This document shows positions 24,653-32,121 of a DNA stretch of 44,315 nt, piece after piece. This DNA is from an uncultured Candidatus Sericytochromatia bacterium. Its GTDB lineage: Bacteria; Cyanobacteriota; Sericytochromatia; UBA7694. Under the pieces are notes generated by a model. It was given only the letters and a program-made list of their open reading frames with translations, did not search any database and was not told the origin of the DNA. Numbering within the stretch: the first letter of the stretch is position 1; each line of letters begins with the position of its first letter. The position numbers and the translations under genes are program-made. The DNA lies in NCBI GenBank assembly GCA_964598905.1, contig CAZRFI010000004.1, positions 1-44,315 of the forward strand, written 5' to 3'.

Positions 24653-26673
24653 TTATGAGGCATTGGCTGAGGCGGTTGCTTGCGAGCTGTTTACTAAATT
24701 GCCTGCAGGATCCATAATTGTGCTAGCAACGGTGACCTGCACAGTGTCTCCCGGTTTATAAATATCAGTACCAAAGGGCGGTAAGAGCAAAACCGTTTTA
24801 TGAGTCAAATCAGTTGTGTCGTAAACAGCACTTCCATTTAATCCACCAGGCAAATTACACCAAGACGTATTCATGATTTCTGTCCCTGCACGGATTACTT
24901 TGATCTGGTAATTACAGGCCGCTGCAGAACTTGTCGCCGCGCTGCCACCCCCTGGATAACCGGCTGGGGCTTTGGCTGCTGAACCAACGGTGTTTTCCAT
25001 ACCTCCAGCAATAGTTAGGTCTCGGGTATAATAAATCATTCGTTCGCTAAAACTCACCCGAATGGCATCTCCATTTTGCCCCCCATTTTCAGCCGTTTCC
25101 ACCTGTAATGAAGTCAGTTGTGGCGCAAGGGTATCGGGACTGACTGAGAATTTGATGCTTTCTTGGAATTTGATGCTTTCTTGATAATCTGTACCTGAAA
25201 GCTGAAAATGCAGACCGGAACGGGCAATGCCACTTTTATCTTTGATAGTACGATCCCCTCCCGCTTTAAAGACAAGCTGGTATTCAGGGGCACGGCTGGC
25301 ATCTTTGTCTGTGGGCAAGTATCTCTCTTCTTTGGGAGCAAAAGTGACCTCGGTGTCGCTCATATTCCAAAAAATATTGTAGGCAGATTTATCCCAGATT
25401 TGGGTACCACTAAAATCTGCGAGGTTCATGAGGCCTGTCAAGGTAAAATTGCTGGCTGAGGCGAGATCAACGCTCAGTTTGCGGTTACTAAAATTGCGAA
25501 TAGAGAAGGTGTTCTCGACAGACTCTGTATCCATTGGTTCAGAGAATTTGAGTACAAATGCTGTGCGTGGATCTATTTGTCCATTTGCAGATGGAAAAAC
25601 GGCAATCACCTCTGGTTGGTCGTAGAGGGCCAAAGGATGATCTACAGAACCATTGCCAAAGTCAAATTTATTGATATTTGCTAAATTTTGCGAGTTGTGT
25701 TCAATGAGTTTGAACACTTCACGGGTGGCAAAGCCATCTCTGGATGCGCGGATAGACACCAAAAGTCCTGTTATTGGGACATTGTTGATCGCATAAAAAC
25801 CATCTGTCCCTGTTATAGCTGTGGTTTGAAAAGTTTTTTCAGGATTTTGCGAGTTTACTTGAATATTAACGCCACTCAAAGGGGTTCCATTGCGATCAAA
25901 GACCTGACCTCTTAAAGTTGTAAGAAGAAAACTCTCTGTCAATGTCTTTTCCTCGCTTGTACTGGGTGCAGGCGGGAATTTGTGCTGTTGCTTGCCACTA
26001 CTGCAATTTTTTGATTCAAGCTTGTAACAGGAATGGTGACTGTGGTAGAGGTTGTTTCCTGAATTTCCTGATTATTAGAAAAGATGGTATATTTGGTCGC
26101 TCCCGACACAGCGGGCCAATTGAGCACGGATTGCGTCACTTTTTGTTCGAAGATAGTTTGATTAAAAGACGTTGTGCCATCGGATTGAGGGGCATTGGGG
26201 TTATTGTCACCAGGAATGGTTTTAGGGATATTGTTGGTTTGATTCCCATTCACCACTGCCTGATTACCTGCTACGGTGTTGTTATTTTGCGTACCCGTAA
26301 CAACATTGGTGGTCTGAATCCCACTGCCTGTGTTCACAGGCTGAACTATAGTGCCATCACCTGTCTGGGTATTGGTCACAGTGGTATTGGTTTGGGTACC
26401 TGAGCCAGTATTGGTGTTAACCGTGCTGGTTTGATCGCCTGAACCTGAATTAACGGTCTGCTCCCCAGAGCCCGTATTGGTATTGCTGCTACCTGAACCG
26501 GTGTTATTGACCTGGGTGCCAGATCCTGTATTTGATTGATTGCTCTGGTTGTTGCTGTTTTGGGTGGTGGGAGCGTTGACTTGGACAGCCTGTTTGGATT
26601 CATCCAAATTTGCAGCCATCTCTGTTTCATTGGCGTTTATCAGTGCCTGCAGTTTGGATGAATGTTTAAACAT
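24653..26673 (-). pseudogene. Disrupted paralog of the 646-aa surface lipoprotein: split into ORFs 25939..26673 and 24653..25942, with its signal-peptide segment inverted
   Basis: The 244-aa ORF aligns to the N-terminal half of 17970..19910 (ESKQAVQVNAPTTQN...). The 429-aa ORF aligns to the C-terminal half (CarboxypepD_reg plus SbsA_Ig). The two frames overlap and are both open over 25942-26072. The second ORF has no ATG, only a TTG. The N-terminus lacks a hydrophobic signal in the present orientation. Confidence 0.55.
26598..26663. repeat. Perfect 11-bp inverted repeats (ATTCATCCAAA at 26598-26608 / TTTGGATGAAT at 26653-26663) flanking a 44-bp invertible-looking segment
   Basis: Read directly. 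The 44-bp core on the + strand encodes FAAISVSLAFISAC, while the gene is on the - strand. Confidence 0.9.
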
Positions 26674-26849
26674 GAATAACTTCCTTTGAAAAAAATCTGA
26701 CTTGTTCGGGCAGGAACCGTTTTGCTAACAGGATGATTTTCTAAAATGTTTTATATAAATTATATATTTTAGATTATCAAAAAGCAAATTTATACTACAT
26801 TCGCTGACGAGAACGATGCGACATCTGAAAATAGTAAAATATGACGCGA

Positions 26850-26996
26850 TTAGCGGTCGTTTAAATCTTGCTGGGGCGGCGAGAAGCGTTTGTCAAAATT
26901 GGCCATATTTGAAGGTCGAAAGGCCTGAAGCCGCATCCAAAACAGCCAGCCCCCACCCAGCACCAGGGCCAGGGAGGCCAAAGCGAGCAAGAACAT
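26850..26996 (-). CDS. 48-aa single-TM peptide candidate (not in the ORF track)
   Basis: Hand translation gives MFLLALASLALVLGGGWLFWMRLQAFRPSNMANFDKRFSPPQQDLNDR*. It starts 15 nt after the Uma2 stop. No clear RBS. Speculative. Confidence 0.3.
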   Translation of the reverse strand: MFLLALASLALVLGGGWLFWMRLQAFRPSNMANFDKRFSPPQQDLNDR

Positions 26997-27011
26997 CAGC
27001 GCGTGCAAGGC

Positions 27012-27632
27012 TTAATCCCCAGCGGCTTCGGCAAAAATGGTGGCAAAATCAATCACCAGGGCCTGCTTGAATACAGTGACACTGACTTGGCTGTCTGAGG
27101 TATAGGTCTGGGGCCGCTGGTATTTTCCCTCTGCATTTAAAACAAAGACCATGATGGTTTCTTCATGGGGATGCACCACCCAATATTCTTTGACCCCAAA
27201 GCGCTCATAAAGATTGAGTTTTTTGACATAATCCATTGCAGCACTTCCGGGAGAGACCACTTCAATAATCCAATCAGGACTGCCTTGGCAACCCCGCCCG
27301 GTTAGTTTGAGGGGATCACAGACCACCAGAATATCGGGTTGCACAACCGTGGTTTCTTCTGCTTGCTCAGACAATTTCAGGCAGACATCCAAAGGGGCTG
27401 TGTAGACCTGACATGTTTGCCCGCGTAAGAAGGCATAAATTTGAAAAAAGAGCGCACCCTGGACAGCTTGATGAAGCCTTGATGGGGCTGGACTCCTCGC
27501 TTGAATGCCACCTTCTTTGGCGTAGGCTGTCCCTTCGATAATTTCCCAGCGTTCGCTGTCGGGCCAGCTCAAATAATCTTGATAGGTATAACACGCGTTG
27601 CTGCGCGTGGCAGGCAGCCCCATGGCGTTCAC
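27012..27632 (-). CDS. Uma2-family (DUF820) putative restriction-endonuclease-like protein
   Basis: '[20 protein letters not shown]', '[10 protein letters not shown]', '[12 protein letters not shown]...[22 protein letters not shown]' are the typical Uma2 layout and motifs. Confidence 0.85.
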   Translation of the reverse strand: MNAMGLPATRSNACYTYQDYLSWPDSERWEIIEGTAYAKEGGIQARSPAPSRLHQAVQGALFFQIYAFLRGQTCQVYTAPLDVCLKLSEQAEETTVVQPDILVVCDPLKLTGRGCQGSPDWIIEVVSPGSAAMDYVKKLNLYERFGVKEYWVVHPHEETIMVFVLNAEGKYQRPQTYTSDSQVSVTVFKQALVIDFATIFAEAAGD

Positions 27633-27754
27633 CCCTTTTGTGTTTCTCTCCTTTTATCATCTATCAGCCATTTCTGCCTGTCAATGCCTCCACTCTGAGC
27701 TTCGCTGTGCATTTGTTACAATGGAGTCTAAGAAACAACAGAGCAAGACTTTTT

Positions 27755-27979
27755 ATGCAACAAAAAAACAATCCCCTGCACGGCATTACTTTGGAGCGTC
27801 TCCTGACCGAATTGGTGGAGCAATTTGGCTGGGAAAAATTGGGCCAGTGGATCGACATTCGCTGTTTTCAAAACAACCCGAGTATCAAATCAAGCTTGAC
27901 CTTTTTGCGCAAAACCCCCTGGGCCCGCAGCAAGGTTGAAGCACTTTATCTTGAAACCCGCCCCGACTCTGAAACCTAA
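27755..27979 (+). CDS. DUF2132 / VF530-like small protein
   Basis: From the ATG at 27755: [66 protein letters not shown]. This is the characteristic signature of the family. The track ORF (from 27638) is over-extended. Confidence 0.75.
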   Translation: MQQKNNPLHGITLERLLTELVEQFGWEKLGQWIDIRCFQNNPSIKSSLTFLRKTPWARSKVEALYLETRPDSET

Positions 27980-27995
27980 CTTAGGAGCAATTGAC

Positions 27996-28511
27996 ATGCG
28001 CTTTTTCACAACTGTTTTGGCCTGTGGACTGTCTCTGTGTCTGGCTGTTGGCCCCGTCTGGGCCGCAGAAAAAGATCCCTTTGCCCTGATGAAAAGTGAG
28101 CAATTGGGAACCCTGAAACTGGGTACGCTCCTGTCCATGCTCAAATTGCCAGCCGGCTGTGGTGAGGCCCAAAAAGATGCAGAAACCTTCTGGGGGGCCG
28201 ATGGCGCTTTGCATCAAGCTTGGAAATACAAAGCCTGTGGGCTCGAATTGGGTCTGGTGCGTGAAAAAAACACAGATCCCCAGCGCGTTTTCTCGCTCAG
28301 GCTGGTTGCCCCCAGCCGCCTCAAAACCTTGCGGGGAATTGGCATCGGTAGCACGGCCCAGGCTGTACTCAAGGCCTATGCCTCAGACTACAATCCTGCA
28401 GAGAGCCAAAAGGGCCTGACGATTGTGGCCGGAACCGTTTATGGCGGATTGATCTTTATGCTCAAACAGGGCAAGGTCAGTGAGATCTTTTGGGGGGCTG
28501 CGGCCGAGTGA
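27996..28511 (+). CDS. Secreted protein of unknown function
   Basis: ATG at 27996 with AGGAG at 27983-27987. Signal peptide MRFFTTVLACGLSLCLAVGPVWA/AE. No family recognised. Confidence 0.7.
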   Translation: MRFFTTVLACGLSLCLAVGPVWAAEKDPFALMKSEQLGTLKLGTLLSMLKLPAGCGEAQKDAETFWGADGALHQAWKYKACGLELGLVREKNTDPQRVFSLRLVAPSRLKTLRGIGIGSTAQAVLKAYASDYNPAESQKGLTIVAGTVYGGLIFMLKQGKVSEIFWGAAAE

Positions 28512-29305
28512 ACGCCTTGAGTTTGGTAGATATTGGCTTGAATCTGACCCACCGGCGCTTTGATGCCGATCGCGAAGCTGTGCTGGAGCGGGCCTTGGCT
28601 GCCGGTGTGCAACAAATGGTGCTGGCCGGCACCTGTGCTCGTAGCAGCAGTACTGCTGCTGATTACGCAGCTTTGCATTCGGGGGTGCTGTTTAGCACCG
28701 CAGGCATTCATCCCCACGATGCTGAGCGGGCCACTCCCCAAGATTTACAGACCCTGCGCAGCTTGGCCATGCGGCCCGAAGTGGTGGCGATTGGGGAGTG
28801 TGGCTTGGACTTTAACCGCGATTTTTCGCCGCGTGATGTGCAGCAGCAGGTCTTTGCGGAACAGGTCAAGCTGGCCTGCGAATTGCAAATGCCGCTGTTT
28901 TTACACGAGCGCGAAGCCCAGGCGACTTTGCTGGCGGTGCTCGACAGCTTTGGGGCGGCGCAATTGCCCCCGGTCGTGGTGCATTGTTTTACCGGCAGCG
29001 AGACCGAGTTGCAGGTCTATTTGCGGCGGGGGTATTTTATTGGCATTACGGGCTGGATCTGTGATGAGCGCAGGGGCCAGCATTTGCTCGAGATTGTCAG
29101 GCAGATTCCGCTTTCGCGCCTGATGCTCGAAACCGACGCGCCTTTTCTCACGCCCCGCGATCTGCGTCCCAAACCCCCAAGCGGGCGCAATGAACCTGCC
29201 TATTTGGCGCATATTTTGCAGACCGTGGCGCGGGCCTATGGACGCAGTGCCGAAGACGTGGCTGCCGCGACCACGGCCACCGCAACAGCCTTTTTTAAGT
29301 TATAA
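28508..29305 (+). CDS. tatD: TatD-family metal-dependent hydrolase/DNase
   Basis: 'LVDIGLNLTHRRF', 'STAGIHPHDA', 'AIGECGLDF', 'LFLHEREA', 'VVHCFTG', 'GITGWICDERRG', 'LMLETDAPFLTPRDLRPKP..GRNEP' are close to E. coli TatD motifs. The GTG at 28508 overlaps the upstream stop (GTGA). Confidence 0.9.
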   Translation: MNALSLVDIGLNLTHRRFDADREAVLERALAAGVQQMVLAGTCARSSSTAADYAALHSGVLFSTAGIHPHDAERATPQDLQTLRSLAMRPEVVAIGECGLDFNRDFSPRDVQQQVFAEQVKLACELQMPLFLHEREAQATLLAVLDSFGAAQLPPVVVHCFTGSETELQVYLRRGYFIGITGWICDERRGQHLLEIVRQIPLSRLMLETDAPFLTPRDLRPKPPSGRNEPAYLAHILQTVARAYGRSAEDVAAATTATATAFFKL

Positions 29306-29577
29306 TCAGAACAGAGCAGCTTTGCCTGTTCAGCACCTAAAAAGACAGATCGGTTACGGGTAATCCCGATCCTCTCGCTGAGAGCCTGTTCGGCCTTTGT
29401 TCTCCTTTTGCGAGACCCAGGCCAGAACCCCTGGTGACATCACACATCCCATTTTTGCCAATGGGATGCGGAAAGTCATTGGGAATTTGTCGATGCAATT
29501 CTGTCTTTGGGCCTGGCGTCCGCCTCCTGTTTTGAACCTTTTCCACAGGTTTAAAAAATTCAAAACAGGAGTTTGTT

Positions 29578-29940
29578 ATGTTTCTCAATCATCTCGATGT
29601 GCCCACCCAGGCCCTGGACGCCAGCGCAGCATTTTTCTGCGTCTATTTTGGCTTTCAGTTGTTGGTTCGCCACCCTGAGCGGGTGGTTTTAAAAGATGCG
29701 GGCGATTTTATTTTGATTCTCAACGACACAGGTCCGCTTCCGCAAGCCCAGGAAATGCATCTTGGCTTTTTGCTCGACAGCGTTGAAGCGGTTGAAGCGG
29801 TCTATGCCCAATTGCAGGCTGCCGAGCAGGTCATTGCTGTGCCACTGCAAAAAGCACAGGGACAATGCCTGTTTTATTGCCAAACACCAGGGGGCTTAAC
29901 CGTTGAGGTCGCTTGGCGCAGGCCACGCCCACGCACTTAG
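29578..29940 (+). CDS. VOC/glyoxalase-like family protein
   Basis: 120 aa. AGGAG upstream of the ATG. The pattern 'LNHLDVPT..LDASAAFF...FGF', 'HLGFLLDS.EAVEAVYAQL' and 'GGLTVEV' is typical of glyoxalase/bleomycin-resistance fold proteins. Confidence 0.7.
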   Translation: MFLNHLDVPTQALDASAAFFCVYFGFQLLVRHPERVVLKDAGDFILILNDTGPLPQAQEMHLGFLLDSVEAVEAVYAQLQAAEQVIAVPLQKAQGQCLFYCQTPGGLTVEVAWRRPRPRT

Positions 29941-30155
29941 CGCTTGGCTTTGCCTGGCTGCAGGCCGTGCATTTTGCGGATATGCGGCGTGAGCTTGTTT
30001 TTGAGCACGAGTTCGCCGCAAATCTGGCAGGCCTGGTATTTGTGAATCGTGTGGCTGTCGCGGTGCTGATTGAGCAGGTGTTTTTCGACATTGGCCCTTT
30101 GAATTGCGGATTTGCAAAAAGGGCATTTAAAATCTGGCAAAGGTGCTTGCGTCAT
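29937..30155 (-). CDS. 72-aa protein with two C2H2-type zinc-finger motifs
   Basis: CPFC-x11-H-x4-H and CQIC-x12-H-x4-H. Several overlapping ORFs exist here; this one is preferred because of the paired finger motifs. No clear RBS. Confidence 0.5.
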   Translation of the reverse strand: MTQAPLPDFKCPFCKSAIQRANVEKHLLNQHRDSHTIHKYQACQICGELVLKNKLTPHIRKMHGLQPGKAKR

Positions 30156-30205
30156 GGTGGGCTTTCTAAAAGTGAGATCGAACCCAAGCAGCTTAACAGA
30201 TTCTG

Positions 30206-30742
30206 TTAGCTCAAGGGGTAGCGATAGAGATGAAACCCTTTTTCATAATAGCCATTTAAAAATCCCTGATTGAAATTTAGGATATCTTTTGATTGGGTCA
30301 AGATACATTGAAAACCGAATTTTTTATATGCTTTAACTGCCCAATGTGCTTGGGGATGAGCCAGTAAACAGAGGCCTTTTTTTTTCCTGCGCAGTGCCTC
30401 TTCGCGGGCAAACTCCATGAAGCGATGGCCGTATCTTTTTCCCACTTGGCTTGTATCCAAGTAGAGGTAGCCGATGTAGGCATAAGGACCAAAATACTGG
30501 AGAGAAAGGGTGCCCACCGCTTGTTTTTTTTCATTAAAACCAAGGTAGAAGTCTCGGCACTGGTAGTTGCGTTCTTGCCAGTCTGTATCCACAAAATGTT
30601 CATTGAGATCTTCTGGGTGCACAAAAGAGGCATACCAATCAGCGGAGGTGCGAATCAACCTCGCTACTTGTTCCATCTCTTGGCGTTGGGCCTTTTGGAT
30701 ATGTAAAGGGTGATTTACTTGCTTGGTAATGGTCTGTGACAT
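30206..30742 (-). CDS. GNAT-family N-acetyltransferase
   Basis: 'IGYLYLDTSQVGKRYGHRFMEFAREEA' (motif A, Q/R-x-x-G-x-G/A-like) and 'AVKAYKKFGF' (motif B). Confidence 0.85.
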   Translation of the reverse strand: MSQTITKQVNHPLHIQKAQRQEMEQVARLIRTSADWYASFVHPEDLNEHFVDTDWQERNYQCRDFYLGFNEKKQAVGTLSLQYFGPYAYIGYLYLDTSQVGKRYGHRFMEFAREEALRRKKKGLCLLAHPQAHWAVKAYKKFGFQCILTQSKDILNFNQGFLNGYYEKGFHLYRYPLS

Positions 30743-30806
30743 GTTTAAGCTCCTGAGTTGAAAATAAAGTGGGGATTACTCCTTTATGATTTTGAAAATT
30801 AAAATA

Positions 30807-30838
30807 AGCAAATAATAATTAATTTGCAATTATTTGCT
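30807..30838. other. 10-bp-arm perfect inverted repeat AGCAAATAAT-n12-ATTATTTGCT in the M20/GNAT intergenic region
   Basis: Read directly. It lies downstream of the M20 stop and upstream of the GNAT start. It could be a terminator-like hairpin or an operator. Confidence 0.4.
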
Positions 30839-30934
30839 GATAATAACACAGCCAAAAAAAAATATCAACCCCAAGCGATTGTTGATAAATAGCAAAAATT
30901 GGCGTATTTTTTGGAATTTAACTAAAAATGTTGA

Positions 30935-32089
30935 TTAATAAAGTAATTGAGCGATGATTTCTGAAAAAAGATGAATCCCCATTTCGAGGAGCTCTTCCGG
31001 GAAATCGTAATCTGCACTGTGCAGAGTCAATTGTTCACCTGCTCCCAACCCAAATAAAGCACCTGGTGCAGATTGACTAAACCAACCAAAATCCTCTGAC
31101 CAGCGAAAGGGTTCGGGAGGTGCTTGTGCAATCCAACCTCTGGCTTGGGCACCGGCTCTGACCAGTTCTGTGGCCATCGGGTGATTGTGGGTTGCGGGAA
31201 AATAATCGTGCCAGCTGGTGGCACAATCTAATTGGTGTTTTTGAGCAATTTGGGTAACTTCTTCCAAAGCCATTGTGCGCAAGTCTTCTAGGGTCTGATC
31301 CTGATAGCTGCGCAAAGTGGCCATGATTGTCGCTTCACCAGGAGTAATGCCAAAAGAGGCCTCTCCCAAGCGAGCGGAGACAATCGTCAGCAGGGCAAAC
31401 TGTGCTTGGTTTTTAAATCTGTGATTGAGGGTTTCCAATTTGAGGATCATTTCAGCCATTGCCTGAGCAGGGCTTTTTCCCCGTTCTGGATAAGCTGCAT
31501 GTGATGTTGCTCCCTTTAACTCAATTTTAAGTCCGACCGAAGCAGCGGCAAAAACGTCCTCTTTGATAATGACTGCTCCGAGTGGGAACTTGGGCAGATT
31601 GTGAAGGGCAAAACAATAATCGTAGTTTAAGGCTTGAAAATGGGGGTCTTTCAAAACGGCTTGGGCCCCTTCACCGGTTTCTTCAGCGGGTTGAAAGAGC
31701 AAAATAACCCGCCCAAGCGGCGGGGGATTTTGTTTTAAAACAGGAGCCAAACCTGCCAGAATCGCCATATGTCCGTCATGGCCACATTTATGGGCAAGCC
31801 CCGCGTGGGTCGAGCGGTAGAGCAGATCGTTACTTTCTTCAATCGGCAAACCGTCCATATCTGCTCTCAGCAAAAGCGATGGGCCTATTTTTCCTGAGTC
31901 GAAGATTGCAGCCAATCCGTGTCCACCCAGTCCTGTCAGTAGTTGTTGAGGCCCGTACTGGTGCAGAAAGCTTTCGAGTATGCGGGCTGTCACTTCTTCT
32001 TGACCTGCTAGTTCGGGCTGCATGTGCAAGATGCGTCTCAAGTTGATAATTTCATCCAGATGGGGAAGTTTCTCTGAGCTCGATAACAT
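30935..32089 (-). CDS. M20-family amidohydrolase (M20D aminoacylase/hippurate-hydrolase type)
   Basis: 'LRRILHMQPELAGQEEVT', 'LLLRADMDGLPI', 'HKCGHDGHMA', 'ILLFQPAEETGEGA', 'LHNLP'. The track ORF (to 32374) runs far into the upstream gene. ATGs at 32113 and 32089 both lie just after the upstream stop at 32122; which is used is uncertain. Confidence 0.85.
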   Translation of the reverse strand: MLSSSEKLPHLDEIINLRRILHMQPELAGQEEVTARILESFLHQYGPQQLLTGLGGHGLAAIFDSGKIGPSLLLRADMDGLPIEESNDLLYRSTHAGLAHKCGHDGHMAILAGLAPVLKQNPPPLGRVILLFQPAEETGEGAQAVLKDPHFQALNYDYCFALHNLPKFPLGAVIIKEDVFAAASVGLKIELKGATSHAAYPERGKSPAQAMAEMILKLETLNHRFKNQAQFALLTIVSARLGEASFGITPGEATIMATLRSYQDQTLEDLRTMALEEVTQIAQKHQLDCATSWHDYFPATHNHPMATELVRAGAQARGWIAQAPPEPFRWSEDFGWFSQSAPGALFGLGAGEQLTLHSADYDFPEELLEMGIHLFSEIIAQLLY

Positions 32090-32121
32090 TTTTTCTCTCT
32101 TTTGCTGATTCATGAGCGATT

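Noticed and set aside
26816-27070. 84-aa ORF on the + strand that crosses the 3' end of the Uma2 gene.
   Set aside because: It overlaps the well-supported Uma2 CDS on the antisense strand, its translation is Arg/Pro/Ala-rich, and it has no RBS.
29306-29577. A 272-bp spacer between tatD and the VOC gene with small hairpins (GATCGG-n11-CCGATC at about 29349-29371; CCCATT-tttgcc-AATGGG at about 29450-29467). Possible riboswitch, sRNA or small ORFs (29337..29588 -, 29354..29563 -).
   Set aside because: It resembles no riboswitch class I know, the hairpins lack terminator U-tracts, and the overlapping ORFs have implausible composition. Left unannotated.
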